Positions 1 to 20,823 are shown, numbered from the stretch's first letter. The stretch: 64,000 nucleotides of DNA from Dictyostelium discoideum (GCA_000004695.1 CM000152.2:2528001-2592000); one strand, 5' to 3'. Notes: generated from the letters alone by a model not told the origin. Made by a program: numbers and translations.

Positions 1-74
1 AATAAAAATAAAAATAAAAAAAAATTAAATAAAATACATAATATTTTTTTTTATTAAATTTGTCCAAATAAATG

Positions 75-105
<31 letters not shown>

Positions 106-126
106 AATATATTAATACAATTAATT

Positions 127-1775
127 TTATCTTGATTCAACTTTAATATTTAATTGTGGACATTGTAAAGAAAGACCAAATTGACCTCTATCATTTAATT
201 GAAGATTATCATCAATTGGATGAGAGAATTTAAATTTCTTTATAAGATAAACAAGGAAAATATAAATTTCAATTTCAAAAATATTTTCACCTGGACATTT
301 TCTTTGACCAATTCCAAATGTTATAATTTTTGGTTCATTTGTTGAATCTAAAAAACGTTCAGGTGAAAACTCTAATGGATTTGAACAAAATGATTGAGAT
401 AAATGAGTTGAATAAATATTTTGAATTACTTGTGTACCCTTTGCAATTTTATATCCTTGAATTTCACAATCTTCAGTTAATAAATGTGGTACAGATAATG
501 GTGCACATGGATAATAACGTTTCACTTCTTTAATAAATGCAACTAAATATGGAGTTTTAATTCTATCTGAAAAATATGATAATTTTAAAAGTGAATTCGA
601 AATATCATTTGCACCATTTAATTCATCACCATCATCATCATTAAAAGCATTTGAAATTTCATTAAATAATTTCTCTTGAATATTTGAATTGTTTACTAAT
701 GCAACCAATGAAAATAAACAAGTATTACCAGTTGTATCAGAACCTGCTAATATTAAATCCATTAAACATCCAATTACACCATCATATGGAATTTTATTTA
801 ATCTATATTGTTTTAATAAAGATTCTAAAATATTCGTTGGTTGATAATTTTCAATTTCTTCAATTGTTGATTTATTTGAAATTTCAGTCATATGTTTTAA
901 TTGATATTCATTTGTAATTCTTGTAATTAATTTTTTTACAGATTCATAATCTTCAAAATATTCTTTTGGTTTATTTTTTAAAAATGGATATAGAATTGGT
1001 ATGAAATCACTTGGATATGGTAATCCTGTACTCTTAAAATAACGAGTAATCGTTGACATTAATTCATCTTGATAACTATTATTATTATATGGGAAATGAA
1101 TATTAAATAATAATGATAGCATAACATTTAATGAATACATTTTAATGATATTGTTAATTGGTTCTTTTGAAATTCCACTACCACCACTACCGCCACCACC
1201 ACCACCACTAATTTCATTGAAAAACTCTGATAATAATCCTACTTGAATTTTAATTATTTTTTCATTTTTTTTCATTTTTTGATTTGTAATTTCATTTGAT
1301 AAAGTTTTTTTTAAATGATTAAAATATTCACCATTGGAATTTGCAAGGTTTAAACCTTTATTACATGTAGTTCTACTTTTTCTTTGAAATCTTGATTGAA
1401 ATATTTCGCCATTATCAACGAATGCCTCTTTTAATGTTGCATATTCTGTTAACACTACTGTACTAACACTACCAAATTCAATACGATAAACACTTCCATA
1501 TTGTTCATACCATTCCTTTAATTTTTCATGTACTTGTCCTTTTAAATCAAATAAATTACCAACCAATAATTTACTTTTTGGTCCTGGAATATTTTTATTT
1601 ATTCTGTGAATTCTATCTTCCTGATTTTATTTTATTTTATTTTAAAAAAAATTAATTTATTATAATTATTATTATTATTATTTTTTTTTAAAAAAAAAAT
1701 AGAAAATACCTTTTTAATTAACTTTTTTAATAATACAATAATAAATAGGATAATAATAATTGAAGAAATTCCCAT
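127..1775 (-). CDS. Cytochrome P450 monooxygenase, 2 exons: join(1775..1710,1620..127), about 519 aa
   Basis: The long minus ORF 127..1566 carries the heme-binding signature FGIGQRKCPGENIF (FxxGxRxCxG), an AGSDTT I-helix-like motif and an ExxR/PERF region. The ORF-track start at 1566 is a TTG, not ATG. Reading upstream in frame gives the P450 hinge IPGPKSKLLVGNL, then a GTATTT...AATCAG intron (1709..1621, 89 nt, phase 0), then a 22-codon exon 1 starting ATG at 1775 that encodes a hydrophobic membrane anchor (MGISSIIIILFIIVLLKKLIKK). Confidence 0.85.
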
Positions 1776-2586
1776 TTTTGAAAATTTCCACGTGATATTA
1801 ATTAAAAAAAAAAAAAAAAAAAAAAAGATTTAATTTTTTTTTTTTTTTTTTTTAAATTATAGGTAAAAGATAATAATAAATAAAATTTTATTTTCAAACA
1901 AATTATTTTTTTTTTTTTTTTTTTATTTTTATTTTTATTTTTTTTTTTTTTCTTAATTTAAAAAATTAAAAAATTATAAATTTAACCAAAAAAAAACAAT
2001 TGTTATAGGAAAAATAGTGGTTCATGTGAGGGATTAAAATTTCTTTTTATAGGATTTGATTGAATCAATACAGTTTTAAAAATAAAAAGGTTTTTTTTTT
2101 TTTTAATATTAAAATTTTAATTTTTGTTTTTTTATAAAAATTAATTTTTTGAAATCTCAAAGTAGCCAATTAAATTGCAGTTGGAATTAAACTAAAAACA
2201 AAACAAAAAAAAACCTCCAAAATTATACTTTTTTGTAACTTAGAAAAAAAAAAAAAATTTTTAAAAAAAAAATTTTTTTTTTTCAAAACAAATTTTTTTT
2301 TTTTTTTTGTCTATATTAACAAAACCCATTTATCCAAAACAAATAATTTACAAATTTTTTTAATTTTGTTTTTTTTTTTTTTTTTGTCTTTCTTTATTAA
2401 CAAAACCCATTTATCCAAAATTTTTAAAAAAATTTATTACAAGATTTTAAATTGAGATTTTATTGTTTATTTTATTTATTATTTTTTTTTTTACTGGATT
2501 TTATTGTTTCTTTTTTTTTTCTTACCTGTAATTTACCCCAACTGATATTTATTTTGCTTGTTTTTTTTTAATTATAGTTTATTAAC

Positions 2587-5361
<2,775 letters not shown>

Positions 5362-5788
5362 ATTTAAAATAGATAATAATTGATAATAATAATATTATTA
5401 TTATATATTATTTATATTATTTATATTATTTTATTTTTTAATTTTACAAAAAGTATTATTATTATTATATTTGATTTTATATAAATATATATATATATAT
5501 ATATATTTTAAGTTTTTGATTAGATGGTTGTGAATGAAAAAAAAAAAAATAAAAAATAAAAATGAAAAACTAATTTTTTTATTTTTTATTTTTTTTTTAT
5601 TTTTTTTTTTCAAAATAAAATTTAATTTTGTTTTTATTTGAAGATATATATTTCTGAATGGGTAGTAAGATTTTTTTTTATTTTATTTTTTAAATTATTT
5701 AGTAAAAAATGAAAATGTGTGATTAAAAACATATTAAGGAGTAGTTTTTAAACATTTCAAATTTATGTCAATTTAAATAAATATTTTA

Positions 5789-5819
<31 letters not shown>

Positions 5820-5899
5820 ATTATTTATTTTCTATTTAATATTTTTTTATTCCACCTTTTTTTTTTTTTTTTTTATTATTATTTTCTATTTAATATTTT

Positions 5900-5933
<34 letters not shown>

Positions 5934-5939
5934 TCAACC

Positions 5940-7496
<1,557 letters not shown>

Positions 7497-7511
7497 ATAA
7501 TAAATAATAAC

Positions 7512-7570
<59 letters not shown>

Positions 7571-7701
7571 TAAAAAAAAATGAATAAAAATAAATAATAA
7601 TAATAAAGAAAATATGGTATATTATGAATTATATTCTTTTTTTTTTTTTTTTTTTTTTTTTTTTGGATTTTTTATTTTCTATTTTTTATTTATTTCTATA
7701 T

Positions 7702-8946
<1,245 letters not shown>

Positions 8947-9054
8947 TGTTCTATTTATTTGTATAACTCTTTATTACTCTTTATATAATTATAAATTAAT
9001 TTCAAAATAAAAAAATTAAAAAAAAAAAAAATGAAAAAAAGAATTAATTCCAAA

Positions 9055-9088
<34 letters not shown>

Positions 9089-9268
9089 AAATAAAAAAAA
9101 TAAAAAAAAAAAAAGTGAACATCAATTTTGTGTGATTTACAAAATATAAAAATTTTATCTTTATTTAGATATTAATTTTCCACCCAATGATTTTTCTAAA
9201 TGTATACTAATTTTTATATATTGATGATAGAATTAAATTAAATTGAAACCAATCTAATTAAACCAGTT

Positions 9269-9472
9269 TTGGTTTTTTTTTTTTTTTTTTTTGTGATATT
9301 AAAATATGGGTGTGAGTTGAAATTTATACTTTTTTTTTTTTTTCTAAAAAATAAATTTTTTTTTTTTTTTTTTACCTGTGATCAGACCTTCAAGGAATGT
9401 CCTTGTGTCTTTTCGGCGGTGTTTGTTAAACGGTTTTATTTTTATTATTCAATTGTATTAAATTTTTTAAAC

Positions 9473-9522
<50 letters not shown>

Positions 9523-10400
9523 ACTACTTAAATTGGAAGAGGGTTCGGAGCTGCTGGGGTTTGCCAGGCTTTGTTGAATTTGTATTTGTGAAGATCTTGA
9601 TTGGTGTTTTTTAGTATTGCTTCGTCGTGTTTGATTTTCTTTAGTGTGATGAATTTTTCAGTTTCGATGAGATTTAGTAATTCTGTTTCTATGACCTTTT
9701 GTTCGAATTTTGGCTCTGGTTTGCTTTCATCAGTGTTGAACAATTTGTGACAGATTATCTTCCATAATTGGTGTGCTATTATTCCTATGAGATTGGGGAA
9801 GATTCTCTCAGTTCTGTTGTATTTTGATATGTCTAAGGTATCCATTGACCATCTGTGGATTTTGATGAATGATAATTTGTTAACTGTTGATATGATGGTT
9901 TTTTCAATATCTAGGATATCTTGGCATAGAGTAAAAGGTGAAAATAAGGGTTTTTGAATAGGTGGCCGCAGATTTGGCATTTGGGTTCTCTTTCGGGGTT
10001 GAAACCTGGAAGTGATTCTTGAGAAGAATCTGAAGAGGGTGTTTCTACCTTTTTGGTGAGAAATGCTGTTGATGTTTATGAATACTTTGGGTATTGCTGT
10101 GTTGTATCTCACCGCCCATAACTTCTGCCATTCTGTTCTTCTTGGTGTTGGGTGTCTGTCTTTGATCATGAGTTCGTAAATTTCTTTCAGTTTTAGTGGT
10201 TCGTCATTGTCGTTTCTTATACAGTCTGGAAGTTCCTTTATCTTTGGATGGTTTTGGTAAAATTTGACTCTGAATACACCCCAGTGTCTGCACATATCGT
10301 TGAGGGTTGAAGTGTGGGCTTTTTTTCTACTTAATTGCTCCATGTACCATTCTTGTAAGGTATTGTTGTTGTTGTTGTAGTTGTTATGGAGTAGCCTTCT
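9269..10400 (-). mobile_element. 5'-truncated non-LTR retrotransposon copy A (TRE3-like), ORF2 C-terminal fragment plus 3' UTR with oligo(A)
   Basis: ORF 9528..10343 (271 aa) is paralogous to ORF 10990..11634, sharing HQKGRNTLFRFFSR and IFPNLIGIIAHQLWKIICHKLFN blocks. The cysteine/histidine motif expected at a non-LTR ORF2 C-terminus is degenerate here. The minus-strand 3' end has GTAGTAGT followed by an A run of about 36. It is one of three co-oriented copies downstream of tRNA-Ser. Confidence 0.6.
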
Positions 10401-10454
10401 AAAAAATAAATTTTTTTTTTTTTACCTAAAAGCGGTGTAATCTATTTTTTTTTT

Positions 10455-10555
10455 TTACCTGTGATCAGACCTTCAAGGAATGTCCTTGTGTCTTTTCGGC
10501 GGTGTTTGTTAAACGATTTTATTTTTATTATTCAATTGTATTAAATTTTTTAAAC

Positions 10556-10598
<43 letters not shown>

Positions 10599-10770
10599 AC
10601 TACTTAAATTGGAAGAGGGTTCGGAACTACTGGGGTTTGCCAGGCTTTGTTGAATTTGTATTTGTGAAGATCTTGATTGGTGTTTTTTAGTATTGCTTCG
10701 TCGTGTTTGATTTTCTTTAGTGTGATGAATTTTTCAGTTTCGATGAGATTTAGTAATTCTGTTTCTATAA
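10455..10770 (-). mobile_element. Short 3'-end fragment of the same retroelement, copy B
   Basis: Near-identical to 9362..9680 (3' UTR plus the last about 55 codons of copy A), with 2-3 mismatches seen directly. It is flanked by the recurring junction motif ACCTAAAAGCGGTGTAATCT. Confidence 0.6.
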
Positions 10771-10850
10771 GCGGTGTAATCTAAAAAATAAATGAAATAA
10801 TGCTTTTTTTTTTTTTTTTTTTTTTTTTTACCTAAAAGCGGTATATTGTT

Positions 10851-10949
10851 ATATTTTATTACATTTTTAAATTTTTAGATTTTTAAATTTTTAAATTTTT
10901 ATATTGTTATATGTTGATATTTTTGGTTATATTATGATTACTACTACTT

Positions 10950-10990
<41 letters not shown>

Positions 10991-11710
10991 TATAATGGAA
11001 TTGGGTTTGGAGTGTTCGGGTTATGCCATGATGTGTTGAAGTTGATTATTAATTGGTCTCTGTTATTTAATTTGTATATTGTTTCATTCCTTTCGATCTT
11101 CTTTATTAAAATGAATTTCTCTATTTTAATTAAGTTGGTTAGTTCTTTTTCAATTAATGTTGGATCAAATGAGGGTGGAGATTTAGATTCGTCTTGATTG
11201 AATAGTTTGTGACAAATTATTCTCCATAGTTGATGTATAATTATGCCGATTAAATTTGGGTAGATTCTTTCTTTTTTATTTGTTTTGCTAATATCTAGTG
11301 AATTGAGATCCCAATTTCTGATCTTGAAGAATGAGAGATTGTTGAATGTTGAAATTATTATGTTTTCTATTTCTTTTACTTGCATACAGTCTATAAAAAG
11401 GTGAGTGTATGGGTCACGGATTATATTGTTACAGATTTTGCATGGTACGTTACGTTCATAGTTGATTCCAGGAAGTGACCTTGAGAAAAATCTGAATAGT
11501 GTATTTCTACCTTTTTGATGTGATATGTGGTTGATATGTTGGAAGATGGATGGTATGTTGATGTTATTTATTGAAATTAGATTTTTTTGTCCATCTGTTT
11601 TTCTTATTGATTTGTATTTGTGAGTGATTAACATGTTATAGATTTCTTTAAGTTGAAGTGGCTTTTTGTTTTGACCTTTGATACAATCAGGTAGTGATTT
11701 TAGTTTATTG
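10851..11710 (-). mobile_element. 5'-truncated non-LTR retrotransposon copy C (related subfamily), ORF2 C-terminus with CCHC-like motif
   Basis: ORF 10990..11634 (214 aa) carries a Cys/His motif, PCKICNNIIRDPYTHLFIDC (CX2C...H...C), typical of non-LTR ORF2 C-termini. An A run of about 50 follows the stop. The truncated 5' edge lies about 90 bp from the 3' end of tRNA-Ser, matching the insertion preference of TRE3 elements. Confidence 0.6.
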
Positions 11711-11788
11711 TGTTGTGGTGCAAAAAATGAAATAATGCTAAAATAATAAAAAAAAAAAAAAAATATGTTTAATTTTTTACAATTAAAG

Positions 11789-11870
11789 TCGACATCGGCA
11801 GGGTTCGAACCTGCGCCCCCGAAGGGATCTGATTTCTAGTCAGACGCATTAGACCACTTTGCTACGATGT
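11789..11870 (-). tRNA. tRNA-Ser, anticodon AGA, 82 nt, class II with long variable arm
   Basis: The minus-strand sequence GACATCGTAGCAAAGTGGTCTAATGCGTCTGACTAGAAATCAGATCCCTTCGGGGGCGCAGGTTCGAACCCTGCCGATGTCG folds by hand into a cloverleaf. Acceptor stem GACATCG/CGATGTC; 3-bp D stem; anticodon stem TCTGA/TCAGA with loop CTAGAAA (anticodon AGA); variable arm CCC-TTCG-GGG; T arm GCAGG-TTCGAAC-CCTGC with the GTTCGAA B box; discriminator G. Confidence 0.9.
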
Positions 11871-11954
11871 CTTTGATTTAAAATTTTTAGATATCTAAAA
11901 AAATATTTGAAATATTTTTTTTTTTTTTTTTTTTTAAATAATAAATAAACAATC

Positions 11955-12000
<46 letters not shown>

Positions 12001-12029
12001 AATCATAAATAAAGATTCTTTGGATATTA

Positions 12030-13910
<1,881 letters not shown>

Positions 13911-13942
13911 AATTGCGGTATACTATTATTATTGCTAAAAAC

Positions 13943-13974
<32 letters not shown>

Positions 13975-14368
13975 TTCATTTTTTTTTTTTTTTTGTTCAT
14001 GCAATGAGATATTTTGAAAAAAAAAAAAAAAATAACTGAAAAGATTTTATTTTAATAAATCTAATATTTTTATTTGTTTTTTAAAAAATAATAAAAAAAA
14101 AAAAATAACTATTATTAAGTTTTTAAAAGTTTGTTTTTTATTATTAAACATTATAAAAATTTATGGGTTTCTAAATAAACATATAATTAATTAAAAAAAA
14201 AAAGTGAAATTTATTAATTAAATTCCACCTAAGTTGAAACTTCAATTTTTTATTTTTATTTTGTTGTAATTTTAAAAATAGGAAATCTTTTTTTTTTTTT
14301 TTTTAAAGATTTGATTTGCTTTTTTAATTTTTTTTTTTTTTTTTTTTTCTTTTATAATAATATTATTA

Positions 14369-15003
14369 TTATTTTTTATTATTTACAATTATAAAATCAT
14401 CATCAATGTGAGGAATTTTTGAATAAACTAAACATTTAATTTGATTATCTCCATAATTGAGAACACCGTTATTAATTTGAAAACCATCCATATTTTTAAT
14501 ATAATAGATGGAAGTATTAATGATTATTTCATTAATATGTGATTCTACTCTACATTGAATGAAATCATTCTCTCTTTTAGTTATAATTATATTAACTTGT
14601 TTAATGGATTGAACTGATGATAATGAATTTGATAGAATATTATAATCTGGGAAAATTACATAACGATCATCTTCATTATTATTTGGACTTTTAACAATAG
14701 TTGCTGAATTTATTGATATTATACCATTTTCTTCATTAAATGAAATCATTGGTTTATCTTGTTGTTTAATATTATGTTGTTTTAGTTGTTGTTCCAATTC
14801 AAATAATTTCTTTTGGTGGCTTAATTGATCAGATATGTTTTTTTGTTTTTCAAAATGTAATTGTTGTTCCAATTGTTTTATTTGTTCCTGATATTCTGAA
14901 TTTGTTTTTTTTAATGTTACCATTTCATTCTGTATTTCATTATTAGTTTTGTTTAATTTCTGATTTTTTAATATTAAGTTTTCAATATATTCCTCTGATT
15001 TTG

Positions 15004-15089
<86 letters not shown>

Positions 15090-15591
15090 AGTTGTTGTTG
15101 TTGTTGTTGTTTTGGTTGTTGTTGTTGTGGTTGTTGTTTTGGTAGTTGTTGTTGTGGTGGTGGTGATGGCGGTGATGGCGGCGGTATTGATTCATTTTCT
15201 TTTATATTTTTATTAGCTGCTGCTCTAGATATCATTTTAGTAGTGGTGGGTACAGCAGTAGTGGTAGTGGTGGTATTGGTAGTATTATTTAAAGATGGAC
15301 GTTTTAGAATACCAAAACCAGATATTTTATTCGAAATTTGTTTTTTATTAAGTTTGGGAAATAGTTTTTCTTTAAAAATTTCGTTTATAATAGTTTTTTT
15401 GTTTTTGTTTGGATCTTGTTCTCTTTTTTTTTCAAAAATCTCAAAAATCTTTAAATTATCTTCTTCACTCCAAATTACTCTCTTTGTTTTCCTTTTACTT
15501 GAATATATTCCCATTTTTGCAGGTTTTCTCTTTTTACATTCATTTTGATTTTTATTATTACTATTATTAATATTATTATTATTATTATTAA

Positions 15592-15638
<47 letters not shown>

Positions 15639-15877
15639 ATATTATTATTGTTTTTATTCTCTCCATCAGCACTTTCACTACCACTATCTCTTCTTTCATC
15701 ATCTTCATCATAATCTTCATATTCATCATATTCATAGTGTTCACTATCATCACTAATATCTTCTTCTCCGCTCTCCTCCTCGCCACCTATAGTCATGTTT
15801 CTATGAATGCTATCAGAGGAAGATGATAGTTCATTATTTGAATCTTCAAATTTTCTCTTTTGCTGTGAAGTTGCCAT
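14369..15877 (-). CDS. Lineage-specific family member 2 (502 aa), paralog of 12030..13910
   Basis: Same architecture: acidic N-terminus, KRKTKRVIWSEEDNLKIFEIF motif, (CAA)n poly-Q (about 40 Q), coiled coil, conserved C-terminal domain. Confidence 0.6.
15007..15120. repeat. (TTG)n microsatellite encoding about 40 Q on the minus strand (in CDS 14369..15877)
   Basis: Pure TTG repeat with two TAG/TGG variants. The plus-strand poly-V ORF 15001..15216 is an artefact. Confidence 0.9.
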
Positions 15878-16569
15878 AATTTTGTGATGGTTGTTGTAAT
15901 GAAAACAAAAAAAGGAAATGAAAAAAAAAAAATATGAAAAAAAAAAAAAAAAAATAAAAATAAAAAATGAAAAAGTAAAAAATTCAGTTAATGTCTAGAT
16001 CGAATTTAATAATTTTTAGATTTAGATTTAACAGAATTTTAAGGTACAGGGAACAAAAAAAATTAAAAAAATAAAAATATTTTTTTATTTTATTTAATTT
16101 TTATTATTTATTTTTTTATTTGTTTTTTATTTATTTAAATTGGGCCTACAATAATATTTTTAATTAATTATTTTTTGTTAATTTTTTATTTGTTTATTTT
16201 TCAAAAAATATTTTTTATTTGACCCACTCACCCACATAACATTCTCTCTACAATTAGATATGACATTATCCACCATTGATTATTTACAACATAAAGAGAA
16301 TCTAGATACAACACTGCTACCACAGTTTTTTACAAAAAAATTGAACAATATTAATGTTTTATAAAAAAAAAAAAAAAAAATTAGAAATTAAATTAAAATT
16401 TCACTGGAATTGAGCGATTATAATTTTTTAATTTTTTTTTATATTATATTGAAATTCAAAAAATAGGAAATCTTTTTTTTAAGATTTAATTTTCTTTTTT
16501 ATTCATTTAATTTTTTATTTTTATTTATTTTGTTTTTTTTTTAAAAAACATAATTATTATTTTTTATTA

Positions 16570-17170
16570 TTTACAATTATAAAATTGTTATCAATTTCAA
16601 GAATTTTTGAATATACTAAACATTTAATTTGATTATTTCCATTATCAACAACTCCATTAGTAATTTCAAAACCATCCATATTTTTAATATAATAAACGGA
16701 AGTATTAATGATTATTTCATTAATAAATGATTCTACTTCACATTGAATGAAATCACTCTCTCTTTTAATTATATTTATATTAACTCTTTTAGAGTATTGT
16801 ATTACTGATGATGATAAATAAATTTGATGCCATTTGACTAAAATCTGGAAATATTATATAATAATCATCTCTATTATTTGGATTTTTAATTACAATTGCT
16901 GAATTTATTGATATTATTTTATTATCATCAAGTGAAATCATTGGGTAAATAAATTTTTATTTATTGGTTTACTTGTAGTTTTTATTGTTGTTGTTGTTGT
17001 TGTTGTGGCTGTGGTTTCTGATTTATTTGTATCATGCCAAAGTTGATACTGGTGATTTAATTTTTGATGTTCAAGCAATGTCTTTTGATGATTCTGAATT
17101 TGTGGTTTTAATTTTTCATTTGATTCTTTAATTTTTTCTTTAATTTTTTCTTTAATTTATTTGTTTTTGA

Positions 17171-17234
<64 letters not shown>

Positions 17235-17740
17235 GCTTTTGTTGTTGTTGTTGTTTTTGTTGTTGTTGTTGATCTAATTCTTTTTTTTTTTCTTTTAAAT
17301 TATTATTCTCTTTTACAACAAATTCTTTATTCCATGATTTAATTTCATTTTTTCTAACTAAAAATTTTAATTTTAAATTTTGAATTTTTGATTTAATTTG
17401 TGTCGATGTAAATTTAAATTGATTGGTTTGGAATATATCAGAGGAAACTGAATCTAATGTTTTTTGGTTCTTTTTCCATAATTGATTTATATAGTTTCCA
17501 AAGTTTTTCTGTATCTGAATTACTCCATATACGATTTTTTCTTTTACCAATTATATAATTTTCACCATCTTCATCATTTTCTTCATCGTTTAATTCTCCT
17601 TCTTCATCTTCTTCTTTATCATAATTTAATACCCCAAGATATTGAACATCATTATCATCATCTTCATCATCCTCCATTATGAATTCATCATGGTTTATAA
17701 AAATTCCATCTTCTTCATATTTTCCAATTGTACTTGCCAT
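16570..17740 (-). pseudogene. Decayed third paralog of the 12030/14369 family, with at least 3 frameshifts
   Basis: The N-terminal ORF 17438..17740 (...KRKNRIWSNSDTEKLWKLYKSIMEKEPKN) runs into a stop. The homologous continuation (SDIFQTNQFKFTSTQIKSKI, matching SEIYKSGQFKYTLNQIYGKI in copy 1) is in another frame (ORF 17152..17550). The shift maps to the A6 run in GAACCAAAAAACATT; removing one A restores the frame. The C-terminal domain region 16570..16990 is recognisable at nucleotide level (for example IIFPDFSQMASN.., SDFIQCEVESFINEIIINTSVYYIKNMDGFEI) but is split over three frames with in-frame stops. Confidence 0.6.
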
Positions 17741-18061
17741 TTTTATTTGTCTAAGTTTAGGAAAAAAAAAAAAAAAAAATTATAAAAAAAAAAATAATAA
17801 TAAAAAAAGTCCAAAAAAAAAAACAAACACAAAAATAAAATAATTAACAAAAAAAAAAAAAAATAAAAAATTTTCAAAATTTCCAAAACAGTTGCTTTTT
17901 TAGTTTGTTTAAAAATTTTATAAACCAAAGATTTAAATTTTTTTATTTTTATTTTTTATAATTATTTTAAATTCTTTATTAATTAACAATTGTTTGTTTT
18001 TTTATTTTATTTTTATTTTTTTTTTTTTTTTTTTTTTTTTTAAATATATTTTCTATTTTTT

Positions 18062-18949
18062 TCAATTTTTATCAGTATTTGAACAAATTTCCTTATTAAT
18101 TAATATATCGTTTGTTAATTTTTTATATTTTAAATCAAATAATTCAAAAGCATCAGAACCAACTAAAACATGATTTGGAGGTGAATATGATAATGAAATT
18201 TCAATTATCACATCAACAGCTTTTGAAAGATCACCTAAAAATCTTGAACCATTTAATTTAACAATTTCATCCAAAAATGAATGAGTATCTTTATATTCTG
18301 CTATTCTAGTATCAGGTATTAAACAAGATGATAAAAAACTAGTTTGAAAATAACCAGGTGCAATATTACAACAATGAATATTAAATGGTTTCAACTCTAT
18401 TGACATTGTCTCTGAAATTGCATGTAATGCAAATTTACTTGAACAATAAATGGAACACCCATTAAATAATGAACTATAGCCACAAATTGAATCAATAATT
18501 ATTATACGTGGTCCATTTAATTTTGAATTATTATTATCATTATTATTTTTTAAAAATTGATTATTTCTTAAATATGGTAACGAATTTCTAATTAAATTTA
18601 ATGGACCAAAGAAATTAATATCAAATAATGTTCTTGCATCTTTATCAGTTGTTTCTTCTAATGGTGCTAATATACCCATTGCTGCATTTGATATTAGTAT
18701 ATCAATTCTACCAAATTTTTCAATACATTTTTCAATAGCTTCTTTAACATTACTTTCATCAGCTAAATTCATTTCGATTGGTAAGAATTGATCATTTTCA
18801 TTCGAACCAATATCTTGAATTAATTTATTTTTATTTCTTGATGTTGCTGCAACATAATCACCTCTTGATAATAATTTCTTTACCATTAAACCTCCAAATC
18901 CAATTCCACTACATCCAGTTATAAAAAATATATTTTTTTTAATTTCCAT
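18062..18949 (-). CDS. Short-chain dehydrogenase/reductase (SDR) family oxidoreductase, 295 aa
   Basis: Rossmann TGxxxGxG motif (FITGCSGIGFG), NNAG-like NAAMG, and catalytic YCSSK (YxxxK) with an upstream Ser. Confidence 0.85.
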   Translation of the reverse strand: MEIKKNIFFITGCSGIGFGGLMVKKLLSRGDYVAATSRNKNKLIQDIGSNENDQFLPIEMNLADESNVKEAIEKCIEKFGRIDILISNAAMGILAPLEETTDKDARTLFDINFFGPLNLIRNSLPYLRNNQFLKNNNDNNNSKLNGPRIIIIDSICGYSSLFNGCSIYCSSKFALHAISETMSIELKPFNIHCCNIAPGYFQTSFLSSCLIPDTRIAEYKDTHSFLDEIVKLNGSRFLGDLSKAVDVIIEISLSYSPPNHVLVGSDAFELFDLKYKKLTNDILINKEICSNTDKN

Positions 18950-19349
18950 TTTCTAAATTTAGAAAAAATTAAAATTAAATTAAATATGTAAATAATTTAA
19001 TGAAAAAAAATAATAAAAAATAAAAAATAAAATTAATTATTATTATTAAATTTTGTTTTTACACACACAAACACAACATATGTACAATATTTTAACCACC
19101 AATACTTTTTTTTTTTTAATTTTTTTAATTTATTTATATTTTAATTTTAATTTTAATTTTGATCATTTTTAAAAATAAAAAAAAAATTGTGAAAATAAAG
19201 TTTTTAACCTAAAACAGTTAAGTAATAAAAAAAAAACCAGAAAATAAAATAGAAAAAAAATTAATATGTAACAAGGGGGGAGTTTATTTTCGTTTATTTA
19301 GTTTTTTTTTTTTTTTTTTTTCAAAATCTACATATATATATCGTTCTCT

Positions 19350-20238
<889 letters not shown>

Positions 20239-20823
20239 ATTTATATTTTATAAATGTTAAATAAAAAAAAAGAGAAAAAAGGATTGGAAGATGATCAGTT
20301 AATGAATTTAAAAAATAAAAAAATTAGAAAAAAATAAAAAATAAAAAAATTTTAGAAAAAAAAAAAAAAATAAAAAAATTAAAAAAAATAAAAAAAAAAA
20401 TGATTTGCATTTTATTTGAAGTTCTCTATTTTGGGATTGGAAATAAAAAAAAAAAAAGAAAAGAAGAGTCTATTTTTAATTTTTAAATTTTATATAACAG
20501 TTTATTTTTTTTTTTTATTTAACAAGCTTTTTTTTTTTTTTTTTTTCTTTTTTTTTTTTTTTCTTTTTTTTTTTTTCTTCCAGGTTTATATTTATATTAT
20601 TTTATATTATTTTTTTTTTTTTTTTTTAATTTTTTTTTTTTAAAAAAATTTTATATTGATTTTAATTGATTATATATAAAGTTTTGATAGTGATGATGGT
20701 TATGATTATGTGTATGTGATGTATGATTTGATTTGATTAATATGATAAACAATCATAATTAAAATATATAAAGATAATATCTTTATATATATTTTTTTAA
20801 AATAATTAAAATTTTAATTTAAT

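Noticed and set aside
1566-1566. ORF-track start of the P450 ORF at 1566
   Set aside because: The codon is TTG, not ATG. The true start is an upstream exon (ATG at 1775) joined by an 89-nt intron.
15001-15216. Poly-V ORF (and similar poly-I/poly-L/poly-N/poly-Y ORFs at 6814..7026, 8488..8700, 13006..13278, 15475..15826, 19350..19728, 27295..27507, 57327..57509)
   Set aside because: They are in-frame readings of pure trinucleotide microsatellites, often antisense to real genes. No start/stop context or conservation supports them.
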